The position numbers and the translations under genes are program-made. Source: Octopus sinensis (lineage: Eukaryota). From it: 64,000 bases of DNA. Shown here one piece after another: positions 49,548 to 62,626 of this stretch; the stretch's first letter is position 1, and every line of letters starts with the position of its first letter. The stretch spans positions 62,868,001 to 62,932,000 of the forward strand of contig NC_043007.1 in assembly GCF_006345805.1 (NCBI RefSeq). The letters are read 5' to 3'. The notes beneath the pieces are model-generated. The model was given only the letters and a program-made list of their open reading frames with translations. It searched no databases and was not told the DNA's origin.

Positions 49548-49765
49548 ATTTCAAATTTTGGCACAAGGCCAGCAGTTTGGGGAGGGAGATCTTATCGATC
49601 CTTTCCCACCCACCCTCTAGTATTTGATTGGTACTTACTTTATTTACCTCAAAAGGTTGAAAGGCAAAGTGAACCTTGACAGAATTTAAACTCAAGTTGT
49701 AAAGACATGAAATGCCACTAAGCATTTTACCTGTCACAGTAACAGTTCTGCCAGCTCATCACCTT
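49548..49765 (-). mobile_element. SINE family B, decayed
   Basis: tttcaaattttggcacaaggccagc..ggtacttactttatt..gaaaggcaaagtgaacc..ttctgccagctc. Confidence 0.78.
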
Positions 49766-50845
49766 AGCAATGATTTATAGTACATTCACCAATGATTTTA
49801 ATGCCTATTCTTTTTTGACACACACCTTCAGTCTTGAACTTTAGATGTGGCTTCAAGAACTCGAAAGAAAAGAAAAAAAGCAATAGGAATATAATGTTAG
49901 TAAACACTTTGCTGTGCATTAATTTCCTGTCTGAGTTCATTACTGATTAGGACTACTTTTAACTGGCATGCATGATTCACAAATTTCATGCCTTCTCCCT
50001 ACTTTCCTTATACTTGCCATTCTATATGGTCAGTTAAGATGTTTCTATTTTGGAGAGTAGTATTTTTGTAGTTGTCTCATTAGAATGCCGCATTCTGTTA
50101 GACACTTTATTATTTTGTATATTTGAAAATTTCTGATGTACTTTTGTGTGTATTAGAATCTTTTAGTTTTGTGTTTTAGAATAAATGATTAGGTGATGTT
50201 GTCAGAAGATCATTTTTGAGCACTTTCTTAATAAAATATCAGATGCTTGCTAAAAAGTTATTTGTATTCTATTTTCTGCAAGTTGGCATTTAAGATAAAA
50301 TGGTATTTAACTGCAGTTGTTGAATTATTCATTGATATACTGCAATATTAACAAAGTTAATATTTTGGTTTACACATTGATCAAAACTTCCCCATTGTGG
50401 CCTTTGGTTTTGGAACTTGCATATATCTCATTCCTCTATACTGGAGTTAATAACAGCTCCCTTGTGTGGGTGAGTCTTAACCTTCCCTCATATTACCTCA
50501 ATAAGCTGAGTAGAGAAAGCTTGCTTGATTTATTTAAAATATGATAGTTGCTGTATGGCTAACTGTTTAGGCTGTGTATTTTCTGATAACCTCACAAAGA
50601 CCTGCCAAATATGCACCTGATTACCTCTTACTGCTTTGATTATTAAAAACAATCTAATCACTTGTTTTCTTGGTTACTGCAACAATAACAAAGGATTCTT
50701 CATTGAGTTGTTTTTCATTTCATTATTAAATTTCATTGCCAATTTATTTTCATCACTCTCTTTCTAGTATAATTTTTCAGATATCTTTTATGAATTCTAA
50801 GCTGTATTTTTTATTTTTATTAATCTATAAAGAAAATTAGGTATA

Positions 50846-52208
50846 TACTAGCAGAGATACCTGGCGTTGCTTGTATCACATCAAATTAAGGAATTAGATT
50901 TTTCTTTTATATTTTCTGTAATGAACTGGAATACTTATGATTTGAATTTCATCAAAATTGCGGATGAAGAATTTTAATGAGGGTTCTTTCTCTCTTTACA
51001 CACCCTAACAAAATTTCTAATCATGAGACATACTACTCATCTTTATGCCCAGATTCCAAAATTCAAATCTTACGGAATGTATTGAAAGGTTTTTGCCCCT
51101 GAAAAATGAAGCTCTAAAATATGGGAGTTGAGGCCCCTATTGGGGGCAGGGGTCTTAATGTCAACCAGAGAAGTTGAATTGTTGGGAATCTTTTTAACTT
51201 GGGTCTTATATCTATTGTTCAAATTTCTTTGATCACTATGCTGATAGGTAATTAAACAATAAATTTGAAATCTATAAATGTCTTTGAATAACCAGTCACT
51301 TATCTAGGAAGGCCTTGAAATCAGTGTTACCATCTGGGGACTATCTGTAACCCAGTGGTAATAAAAAGACTCAAAGAAAGTCTGCAACCAAATATCTTTA
51401 CTCAACACTTTGCAACTGAATCAGTGGAAGCAAAGATGCCTGTCCTTTACTTGACAATTTATGCACCGCATTGCAGAAATCACAATCTAAGTATATCTCA
51501 AAGCAAAGTCTTACACTGTTGTATCATTGAATGACAAATAACACTCATCTTTTATGCTCGGGTAACCCTACAGCTTCCAAGAGTACAATTGTATTCGTCT
51601 TTGCTTAGAAAAAATGACTAAATTGTGGGTGTTAAGTTCCCATTAAGGGGTTTTTGTAACTTCTAAGAAGTTGAAATTTTAGAAATATTACTTCATTTGT
51701 GTCTAACATCTATGGTAAAATTTCATCAACAGCAAAACTATATGAGTTTTCATGGGGGTTATGGCCTCATTTATGGCCCCTCACTTCCAAAGATATCCGC
51801 ATTACATCTGCCCTTATGCATAGAATATAATTTCTAAATTTCCATTCAGTACTTTTGACCTAGTTTTGGATCATAAAAATGACTAAAATTTGGGACTTAA
51901 GAATTGTCATGAGAAGTTGAAACTTTGGGAATACTTCTTGATGTGTGTCAATTACCCATGGTTGAAATTTCATCAACATCGAAAATTTATGAATTTTCAT
52001 GGGGGGTGGGGGTCTGCCTCCTTTAAGCCACCTTTATGCATTGAATCTAAGTTCCAAATATCATTCAGTAATTTTGGTCCATGAAACATACAGCATTACC
52101 CTTCTCCCTAGGCTTGGATTTTGTGTTTCAAATTTCATTAGGATTGGTGCAGTAGCTTTCAAATGTATAAGTAACATGCATAAAGACATTGACTTTTATA
52201 TAATAGAT
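50846..52208 (+). mobile_element. Non-autonomous Helitron-like element with internal ~250-bp sub-repeats
   Basis: Start tactagcagagatacctggcgttgc. A repeated block agaagttgaaa..aaatttcatcaac..ttttcatggggg occurs near 51665 and 51911. End aaatttcattaggattgg..ttttatatataatagat resembles Lep1/HINE-type ends. No transposase. Confidence 0.5.
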
Positions 52209-52321
52209 ATGAATATGCACATATACATACATGTATATGTGTGTGTGTGTATTATATATATATACATGTATACACAAAAAGATAGATTGATAGATACAAT
52301 TGAGTGGGCAAACAAAAATAT

Positions 52322-52465
52322 GAGACACTGCCCAGTGCTTTATTCTATTTTGATAAGCCTGGTACTTATTCTATCAGTTTCTTTTTGTCAAACCAGTAAG
52401 TTATGGGGATGTAAATAAATGAACAGCAGTTGTCAAGCAGTGATGAGAGAGAAACACAGACAAAG

Positions 52466-52522
<57 letters not shown>

Positions 52523-52542
52523 ATTATATATGTATATATATA

Positions 52543-52576
<34 letters not shown>

Positions 52577-52700
52577 GATTCATTTCTTTTGGTTGGTCTG
52601 AGGCTATAGCAGAAGACACATGCCAAGTCACCACACAATGGAACTGAACCCAGGACCATGTGTTTTGGAACCAAGTTTCTTACCATACCGCCACCTATGT
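52322..52700 (-). mobile_element. SINE family A with expanded internal microsatellite
   Basis: Tail 52322-52470, (CA)n/(TA)n 52470-52575, body/head ..gaagacacatgccaag..gaacccaggaccatgtg... Confidence 0.78.
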
Positions 52701-52719
52701 GTGTGGTGTGTGTGTATAT

Positions 52720-52768
<49 letters not shown>

Positions 52769-52806
52769 ATATGTGAGATAATAGTTAAACTATTAAAGTG
52801 AAAGTA

Positions 52807-54062
52807 TCAGGTCATCCCATAAGTTCTGTCTGATTTTACCTTTTTAAAAATTTAATGGAATTCAATAGTATTTTAGAATGTCAAATGGAATTTAAAATTA
52901 TTTTCATGCATTTGTGTACATTTAAACTAATTAAATATTATTTTATAGAATAATAGAATTAAAATTTCTTTGATTAAAACCATTTCTAATATTGAAATAT
53001 CCAAAGAGCATTTGATACATAATGCTTTATGTGTACAAAAAAGGAAACTTCAGCCAAAGCGACTTGAAACATACACTCAGTTTATTGGAAAGAATGCTTG
53101 AATGAAAGAACTTGCAGAAGATGGTTTGCAAAATTCAGAAGTGGAGTTTCAGCCTTGGAGATGAAGATTGAACAGGACATCCAGTTGAGTTTTGATAAGC
53201 TCCCTGATGCATTACTTGAAGAAAATCTTGCATTATCAGTTGAAGAATTGGCAGTAAAGTTTAGTTCAAACCATACAACTGTTCGTCATCTTCAACAACT
53301 TGGAAAGGTTCCTAAACTTGGAAAATGGGTGCCTCATTGTCTGAAAGCAACTGCAAATTCCAAGTTGACATCTGTTCTTTCCATTCTCGCGAACTCATTT
53401 CACCCTTTTTGGATAGACTTGTGACTAGTAACAAAAAATGGATCTTCTATTGAAATGTTAAACGTCATAAACAGTGGCTTGGTAAAAGTGAAAAAGCTCA
53501 ACTACAACCAAGAAGGGAACTTCATGGGAAAAAGTTCCTTCTCTCTATCTGGTGGGATTACAAAGGTGTAATTCACTTTGAATTGTTACCACCTAATGCA
53601 ACAATCAATGCTCAAGTCTACTGTCAGCAATTAGAGCGTTTGAACCAAGCTTTGAAGAAAAAAGACCCACTTTAGGGAATCGGAAAGGAGTGATGTTTCA
53701 TAAGGACAATGTGCAAACCCACACTGCAAAGATCACATCACAGAAGATCGAAGATCTTTGTTGTGAAAAAATTCCTCATCCACCCTTTTTTCTCCCAACC
53801 TTGCTTCTTCAGACTACCATTTGTTTCGTAGTTTACAGAATCATTTGGGGGACAGGAGGAGGTCAAAACTGACATTTCAGAGTTCTTCACTTTGAAACCA
53901 AAAGAGTTTTACATTGATAGGATTAAAAAGCTTGTAAATAGATTGAAGGAAGTTATAGATAATCAGGGAAAGTACATTGATGATTAAATTTCAATTAAAT
54001 ATAACATTTGATTACTTGTTTTCTTTATTCAAAATTCGGACAGAACTTATGGGACGCCCTGA
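52807..54062 (+). mobile_element. Full-length decayed mariner element (1256 bp)
   Basis: TIRs tcaggtcatcccataagttctgtc and gacagaacttatgggacgccctga, with TA at 52805-06 and 54063-64. Transposase pieces: ERTCRRWFAKFRSG, LGKWVPH, IWWDYKGVIHFELLP, FHKDN, PHPP; multiple stops and frameshifts. Confidence 0.93.
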
Positions 54063-54064
54063 TA

Positions 54065-54311
54065 TCTGACATTACAATAGAGAAGTGTTATTGTTTCACT
54101 TTTGACACGTAATACTGAAATAGTGGAAGGCATAAGAGATTGCTCTGGACTCACATTAGGCAAGAAGTTTCAAAATTTTTTGGCCTATAACACTACATGG
54201 ACCCTAAGTAAGGCTTGTGTAAAATTTGAACGAAATCAGTTGTGTAGTTCACGAGTTTTAGGGATTCACACAGACAGACAGACACACATTCTCATCTTTA
54301 CATATATAGAT
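54065..54311 (+). mobile_element. Helitron-like 3' end fragment
   Basis: aaatttgaacgaaatcagttgtgtagtt..cacagacagacagac..tttacatatatagat, the same end architecture as 52110-52208. Confidence 0.45.
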
Positions 54312-56748
54312 GATTTTGCAAGAGGGAAGGCATATAAGGGTTAATTTTGCTTATTTTATATATTCAACCCCCTTCCCTGGCGTTTATACAAAAACCTTTT
54401 ATGGCATTGAGATAAACGACCATTTACCTTCTTGCTTCTCTTTTTTTCAGCCTTGACATATATTCCAATTAAGATTTGGAAACCATTCTGTCAACAAAAA
54501 CACATCACATATGGAAAATCAGTTATTTTAAACATTTCAGATCAAAAGTATTTTACTGAATTTGTTTTCTTTTTTAATATTTGTAAAAATATTTTGATTC
54601 TTAGTTGTACTTAAGATAACAAAATAGTTATGTGTTGTTAAACATCAACATTTCATCAAAAACTATGTTTTTAATTCTTCAAATACTTCCTGAATATTGT
54701 ATGTAATATAATACATGCTTGAACAACCAGAATTTTATGATCAAATAGCCTTGTAGAGGAGTATTAAATTTGAGTTAATTGTTGCTATTATGTATGTATT
54801 AAGACTTCATTTAAATGACATTGTAGACGATTTTTAAAGAAAATAAATTATGGAAAAAGAAATGACTGTATAGTTAAGTTTACTTTCAAACCACATAGTT
54901 TCAAGTTTGGTGTTCTAGAGCTTTAGGCCAACAATATCCTGTGAGTGTGATATTGGCTAGTAGAAACTGTGTGGAAGCCTGTTGTGTGTTCATAAATGCA
55001 TGAAGTTGCCATTTCCATTCTTTTACATGATACTGCTCAAGCTAGATATATCATCTTTACATTACCAGTGAATATTATATCCTGTCTCTGCACTTTCAAA
55101 GTTAAGTGGAATACAGAAAGTCCTTTACTTGAACTAAGGGCTGACAATAGGAAGAGCATCCAGCAGAAAATATATCACTTCATCCTGTGGCAGCATAGAA
55201 AAATTGCTGTAAAATAAATGAACAAATGAAAATAGTATCTAAACAATATACAATTTAAATTTTCACCTGAGGTTACTGAACTATCATTCATGTTAGGAGA
55301 ATCTTGATATAAATTTCAAGTTACCACTTTACTGTGAGAAAATGTGTGTTTTGGATATCTGATATATATATAGATACAGAACACATACATCTTTGTAGGT
55401 ATGTGTTTAAAGGAGTAAATAGTCTTATAGAAATGTATTGCCATAAATCTTCAATACTTTTCAAATGTTTCTCTTCAAAAAGAAGGAATTTATTTTAAGC
55501 CTGTGTTGAAAAGTTATGCAGCAAGATTTCAACTCAGTCACTAAAAGTTCAATTGCAAAATAGTTCTAATATTTACTTTTAGTTAAGTAACATTATGAGA
55601 TATTAAGAATAATGTCCATTGTTTGAGTTTGAATTCTCTTATGTTAGTGATGGAAAACCCTGAAGTTTCTTTCATTTTGTTTCCATCTGCTTAGTTCAAA
55701 GCACTGACTAAAAGGCTTGCTTGCATATATATGATGTGTGACACATGGTACATAATTCTACATTTGTATTAAGTTCAATTTCATTTTTGTTTTGCTTAAA
55801 AGAAAAACAGCATGTAGAGAAACTAGGAGGGTTTGAGAAAGTTAGTGAAAGGGAGAATGACAAAGTAAAACATGCTATGAAGAGAGCAAAGGTGCACATG
55901 GTAAAACAGAAAGAATCAATGTTGCTGTTGTGCAATAACTAGCTTAAAGAATACACTGAGCATATAGCAGTATCACAGTGTCATTTGACCATCTAACAAA
56001 CCAATGAGGAAACCTCTTACATAGTTGCTCAGCTTGCCATTTTCCTTACATTACAGTGTACCATATGTAAAAAAAGAAATGCATTGGATGATATAATCTT
56101 GGATGCACTTGCACCAAAATACTTCATAGGATGGCTAACCATTAGAATGTCATTCATTATATGTCTGCTTGATCAAAACTCACTTAGGTCTAAACAGCAT
56201 GTGAATAATAAGTAGCAGCTTATGTATTGGTTGACCAATAGGCAAAAAGAACACATACTATTTATATCTATCTGCAGTATTTTTATATTTTATAGTTGTT
56301 GCTTAATTTTGATTTACACAAATTTAAGAAAAACACTGGGAAATAAATGTTACTTTATTGTCTGAGTGGGTAATGACACATGAATTTAGTTTCCAATTAT
56401 GTATGTAGAAGTATGTATATTTGTGATTTTATATATGAAATACATATTGCTACCTTGCCGTGGTAATAAAATTGAAACAATTCTCAACTCGTATGTGAGG
56501 CAAATCCTGTCCTTTTTGTTCTTTTATTGTGAAAGAGGGTGGGTGATAATAAGTAAAAAAAAATGGTATAAAGCAAACAAACTCAAAACTTTGTATAAAT
56601 TAGCCTATTATTTCATTGTGGATGCTAGCAGAACAGTGTGGTGGTGTTGCTATTTTTAGTTATATCTGCAATTGTACCTGAATATGCTTGTTACTTTTTT
56701 CAGTGTACTTGTTTGTGTATAATTGGTTGTTCATAATTGTTCTTGTAG

Positions 56749-56914
56749 TGAAGTACCAATTGTGACTGCTCGAGCCTCGGTGATGACCTATGATGAGCCC
56801 AATAAGAAATGGATCCCTAAAGGGAAATCGCAGGGCCTTTCCAAAGTTCAAATCTTCCATCATACATCCAACAACACTTTCCGTGTAGTTGCAAGGAAAG
56901 TGCCAGATCATGAG
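56749..56914 (+). CDS. ena: Ena/VASP (enabled) EVH1-domain exon, 166 nt
   Basis: (x)EVPIVTARASVMTYDEPNKKWIPKGKSQGLSKVQIFHHTSNNTFRVVARKVPDHE aligns without gaps to human ENAH [56 protein letters not shown]. Flanked by ttcttgtAG and GAG|GTAAGT. Confidence 0.96.
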
Positions 56915-57256
56915 GTAAGTTGGAAATTGGTCTTATATGATTAACTGTTTCTGAGAAAAGGAGCCAGATGACTAGCTGTGTGATATTTTGAGTGATGTTT
57001 ACTTTTGAGGTAAAACCCCATAGATGTTAACCTTCATTTTTTTTAGAAGATTAATACAATAGGTACCATTAATTTTCTTGTTCATAAACTTTGCATCTCT
57101 TTTTTTTCTTTTATTGTCAATGGCACTCTGGGCAATTTTTTTGCTTGAATAACCTTATGCATATTGCAGATAACTTTCACAAAATGCCAAGTCCCTTTTC
57201 TAGCTAACTCAGGGAAGAGGAATTTGCAGAATTACTTCGCTCAGATAGAAGTTTAA

Positions 57257-57476
57257 CCCTTTTGTTACTGTATTTATTTTGAGATGTTCTGTGTTTCTTT
57301 CAATTACTTTAAATACAACTCAGAATTTAGTAAAATAACTTAGTTATCATTAAGCTAGTGTTAGGAACATAAATTGTGACTAAGTTTTGGTGGAAGATTT
57401 TAATTCAAAACTTATGAAAACAAGACATTTGTACTCAGAGCCAGAGCCGGTTTCAGCCGGGTTGGTAACGAAAGGG
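57257..57476. mobile_element. piggyBac-type MITE (220 bp)
   Basis: TTAA at 57253-56 and 57477-80; TIRs CCCTTTTGTTAC / GTAACGAAAGGG (11/12 match). Confidence 0.82.
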
Positions 57477-58777
57477 TTAACTCATTACTTTGATCATATT
57501 TATTTTTGTTTTAGCCACAAAACATCCCTTTTGACCTGCTGAATCTAAAGAAATATCTGCTTCTAGGTAAAGTCTAAATTTAAAGATCTAAACATCTGGT
57601 GCCAGCAAAGTAAAGTGCCACTAAAGTGAGAGGTAGGGATGGATGCTAAAAGATTCCTTGCTCAGTGATGGATTAAGTAAGTGGGGATATTTTACTGCAG
57701 TGAAATTATTTACATGCATCTGGTGTCAATTATCGAATTGAAGGTTCAATTACAAACTTGAAATGAACCTGTATTTCCTCATCATAGGTTTCTATCTCTT
57801 GGCAACAGCAATTTATTTCTGCTAAGGATAGCTACATTTCTGGTGCCTGAGCAAACTAATAGATGCCAATTATAACAGAACTGAAATATCAGACGAAGCA
57901 AACCCATTAAGTATCATTGTACACTTATTTTCAGCACATATGAATCCATATCTATTAAAACACTCCTTAAACACGTCAGTAAAGTGTAGTGTAGTTTAGC
58001 TCAGTCTAGTCAAAGACAAAGAGCAAAATAAAACAAAAAAGAACAATTTTATATGAAGAGGATAATATTATCTTTATTCATAAGAATTGTTCTAATTATG
58101 GGTGTTTCTACTTTGTTCCTTCTTTAGCAGGCATTATGTACTTCATCATTCCTATTTTCACTCATTTCCTTGTAATATGCTTTCCTTGATGGTTTGCTCA
58201 AATTAGCAAGTCTTGCTTCTTTCGAAAAGATTAATCATTATGTAATGTTCATAAAAGGAGTAATGATGTTCTGCAGCACACAAATATCAGGAATACTGTT
58301 GTAAACCTGCTTGATTTTTTTTTTTTTAGTATTATTATTGTTTAATGCTTTAGCTGTTAGCGAATAGTATTTTGTTACAATATTTTATATTTTTTAATTA
58401 GAGGCACTCTACAATCTGATGATGTCATTCATAGCCCAGCACGGTATGTTTTCACACATATTGTCTGCAAGGAGAATTTCTTTCCTAAAGCAGGTCTTTC
58501 CATGTTTGACCATCACTATTTAATTCATTCCAATTTGACCAAGCTTTGCACACATAAGAAAATTCATTATTTGCTGTTCTAATATAAGAATAATAGTTCT
58601 TAGTAGGCTATGAATGACAGATTTAATATAGTGCCTATAGCTGTTGAAGCATAACAATGTAGTATCACATATCCTACAGACTTTTAACATTGTTCATAGC
58701 CCAAAATTTCTCTCCCAAAACAGTTTCTGTAATGATGCTACTTCCATATTTGAGTGTACACCAACACATTAAATACA

Positions 58778-58965
58778 CATCATCATTTAACGTCCACCTT
58801 CCATGCTGGCATGGGTGAGACGGTTTGACAGGAGCCAGCCAAGCAGAAGCCTGCACTTATGTGTCTGTTTTGGCTGGATACCCTTCTGAACACCAATCAT
58901 CCACCAAGCAAGGTCAGTTTTGGCAAGGTTTTTACAGCTGGATGCTCTTCCAAATCCCAACCAGT
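58778..58965 (-). mobile_element. RTE-type 3' tail fragment
   Basis: catcatcatttaacgtccaccttccatgctggcatgggt..acagctggatgctcttcc. Confidence 0.75.
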
Positions 58966-59659
58966 TTACAGCGTAATTTATTTAGTAGGAGACTTCCCAC
59001 CTTCCTAGCAGTTATCCAGATGGTGGTGTTTGACCTTGTATACATATTTATATATGTATCATCATCACCATCATTTTTCTTGATGGGATTTTTGTGAGGA
59101 CAGTGTTTTATGACCAGATACCCTTTTTGACACTAAGTCTTTTCATCGAGTCTTATAATATGTAGGGGTATGATGCATCAATTCTGAGATACACATACTT
59201 ATCTACATGCGCACACACACACACACATTACAAGGAAAGAAGTATTATTTCAAAATAGCAATCTTTGTATCATACTCAAAGTGTATATATATATATATCT
59301 CAATGAAAGCTTGATAAACTGCAGTATTGGTTTCAAAATAGCTCCTTGAACTGATGTAATACTAACTTCAGGAAACCTGCCAGTCACCTATTCACCTACT
59401 GATCTAGTGGACACACTAGTCAAATTGATTACATACTCACCAGGAAATGGATACTTATAAATGCCAGAACCTTCCAGGTGAAGAATGTTCCCCACAACAT
59501 AGATTAGTAGTTAATGACTTTAGGATCAGGGCTAAATGGACGCCCAGAAGATGACCATCATGGAGAAGAAGGGTCTGTAAGCTTAAGGATCCTGTGAATG
59601 GACAGAGATTTAGAGATGTATTACTCAAACCTTTTAACAAAATAGAGGGGGATATAATA

Positions 59660-62626
59660 TCACATGATGTGGAAGACAATTAGAAGTTCCTACAGGACAA
59701 CCTGTTGAGGGCTACTGACCAGATCTGTGGATGGTGCAAGGTCCCCTCTCGACCCAAGGTAACATGGTGGTGGAACAATGTAGTTGACAGAGCTGTTAGG
59801 GAAAAGAAACAGGCATAGAAGGACTGGAAGAATGGTGGTAACAGAGAATTGTCTCAGATTGCCAGAAGGGAAGCTAGGAGACGGGTTTACTTAGCCAGAG
59901 GGGAAGCAGATAAGAAAAAATTTGCCAATGTTCTGCATCGTGAGGACCAAAGACTTGAAGTGTTTAGTATTGCAAAACAGTGTGTAAGAGAGAATCATGA
60001 TCTGATAGGAGAGAAATGTGTCCACATGGATAATGGCTCACTTGCATTTAATGAGCCTGCAAAGAGAGAGACTTGGAGATGCCACTATGAAAGGTTGCTA
60101 AATGAAGAGAATGAATGGGAGAAAGAGAGTCTGCCAAATGTCGACCCAACAGAGGGACCAGCTATCCGAATTGACAGTACCTTGGTAGATAAAGCAATTA
60201 AGGATATAAAGACAGGGAAAGCCCCTGACCCATTAGGGATCACCACAGAGATGCTTAAAATATCTGGCAGTGTCAGTTATAGTCTGGTCACTCATATAGT
60301 CAGTCAGGTGATACATGAAGGAGTCATACCCAATGACTGGTGTAGTAACATCATAGTCAACTGCTGCAAAAGTAAAGGTGCTGCATTAGATATGAATAAT
60401 TACAGAGGTATCAGGTTGTTGGATCAGGTAATGAAAGTCACAGAGAGGGTCATAGCCCAATTAATTAGGGAGAGAGTCAGTCTAGACAAAGTGCAATTTG
60501 GGTTTGTGCCAAGGAAAAGCACCACTGATGCTATATTTCTGGTAAGACAAAATGCATAGCTGTATTTCATCTGCCATTACGTTCTGAGTTCAAATTCCGT
60601 CGAGGTCGACTTTGCCTTTCATCCTTTCGGGGTCGATAAATTAAGTACCAGTTACGCACTGGGGTCAATGTAATCGACTTAATCCGTTTGTCTGTCCTTG
60701 TTTGTGCCCTCTGTGTTTAGCCCCTTGTGGGTAGTAAAGAAATAGGTATATCGTCTGTCTTTACAAAAAGGCGGCAAGCTGGCAGAAACGTTAGCACGCC
60801 AGGCGAAATGCGTAGCCGTATTTCGTCTGCCATTACATTCTGGGTTCAAATTCCGCCAAGGTCGACTTTGCCTTTCATCCTTTTGGGGTCGATAAATTAA
60901 GTACCAGTTACGCACTGGGGTCGATGTAATCGATTTAATTCGTTTGTCCTTGTTTGTCCTCTCTGTGTTTAGCCCCTTGTGGGTAGTAAAGATAAACATC
61001 TGTATCTGGCTTTCATTGACATGGAGAAGGCCTTTGACATAGTCCCCCGATACCTTATCTAATGGTTACTGCAGAAACTAGGGAAAGATGAGTGGTTAGT
61101 GAGAGCTGTACAAGCCATGTGCAGGGATGCTGTCAGTAAGGTGAGGGTTGGCAACAAGTGTAGTAAATAATTCCAGGTAGGGGTCCACCAAGGATCAGTC
61201 CTCAACCTCCTCTTATTCATCATAGTCCTCCAAGCAATAACAGAGGAATTCAAGACAGGATGCCCCTGGGAGCTTCTGTATACTGATGACCGTGCTCTAA
61301 TAGCTGGGTCACTATTAGAACTAGAGAAGAAGTTTCAGGTATTGAAGCAAGGTCTAGAATCAAATGGCCTTAGAGTCATTCTAGCAAAAACCAAAGTCTT
61401 AATAAGTAGGAAGGTAGACAAATCACAAATCCCTTCTGGTAGGTGGCCCTGCTCAATCTGTAGAAAATGTGTAGATAGAAACTCCATAAGATGTATCCAG
61501 TGTAAGCTGTGAACACATAAGAGACGCAGCAATATCGAAGGAGGGTAACTGGGAAGATATTTTTTGTGTGTGCCAAATGCTCAGGGGCAATAAACACTGA
61601 AAATGTGCAGAAAACAGTTTCCATCACATGCCAGGGGGAAAACTAAAAGTAGGTGACCAAGCCAGTAGCAGGGGTGGATGCTCTGAGAGTGTAGCTGCTA
61701 GAATAAGAATAGCCTCTCGCTCTGAGTAAAAGGTAGACTGTATGACACGTGTGCGAACAGCCATGGTACTTGGCAGTGAACTATGGGCTGTGACTGCTGA
61801 GGATATGCGTAAGCTTGCAAGGAATGAAGCTAGTATACTCTGCTGAATGTGTAATGTCAGTGTGCATACACGACAGTGTAAGCACCCTAAGAGAAAAGTT
61901 GGACATAAGCATCAGATGTCGTGTGCAAGAGAGACGACTGCGCTGGTATGGTCAAGTGTTGCATATAAATGAGGACAGCTGTGTGAAAAAGTATCACACC
62001 CTAGCAGTAGAGGGAACCTGTGGAAGAGGTAGAGCCAGGAAGACCTGGGATGAGGTGGTGAAGCATGACCTTCAAACATAAGGCCTCACTGAGGCAATGA
62101 CAAGTGGCCGAGACCTTTGGAAATATGCTGTGCTTGAGAAGATCCAGCAAGCCAAGTGAGACTGTAACTGTGGCCTATGCCAGTGCAGCATAATTGGCCC
62201 ATTTAAGAGTACTTGTCAATCATTGGGCAATATAACTGTGCTTGCAAAGACCTGTTGAGTCAAGTGAAGTCATTGTTGTGGGTGATGACAGTACTGCTTG
62301 ATTGGCACCCATACTGGTGGCACGTAAAGTGTGGTTGTTGCCAGTATCGCCTGACTGTCTCCTGTGCCAGTGGCACGTAAAAAGCACCATTCAAGCATGG
62401 TTGATGCCAGTACCATCTGACTGGACCTTGTGCTGGTGGCACATAAAAAGCACTCTCTACACTCACAGAGCGGTTGGTGTTAGGAAGAGCATCCAGCTGT
62501 AGAAACTTTGCCAAATCAGAATGAAGCCTGGTGCAGCCTTCTGGCTTGCCAGCCCTCAGTCGAACTGTCCAAACCATGCGGCATGGAAAACAGATGTTAA
62601 GCAACAACGATGATGGTGATGATGTT
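59660..62626 (+). mobile_element. 5'-truncated, inactivated RTE-type LINE (linker, RT, PHD, C-terminus, 3' UTR and tail), interrupted by a SINE dimer
   Basis: TWWWN..; GKAPDPLGITTEMLK; NYRGIRLL; QFGFVP; DMEKAFD; GVHQGS; LYTDD; CSIC..C..C; RRLRWYGQV; GRGRARKTW. tggcacgtaaaaagc repeats in the UTR; gatgatg tail near 62610-62625. Many stops. Confidence 0.94.
60557..60992 (+). mobile_element. Tandem dimer of tRNA-derived SINE family B
   Basis: The second monomer (from 60770) has A-box-like ggcggcaagctggcagaaacgttag and B box gggttcaaattcc. Both monomers share ggtcgactttgcctttcatcctt..ggggtcgataaattaagtaccag. The first monomer is 5'-truncated. Confidence 0.92.

Larger units (their letters stand above)
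3047..56748 (+). other. Predicted ~53.7-kb intron of Ena (GTAAGT...ttgttcttgtAG)
   Basis: Canonical phase-2 donor and acceptor; contents are almost entirely repeats and AT-rich unique DNA. It may be subdivided by the 35632-35681 exon. Confidence 0.65.

Noticed and set aside
56749-56914. Assignment to SPRED, Homer or WASP EVH1/WH1 families
   Set aside because: The KKW.P and HH..NNTFRVV motifs and the 166-nt exon fit Ena/VASP specifically.
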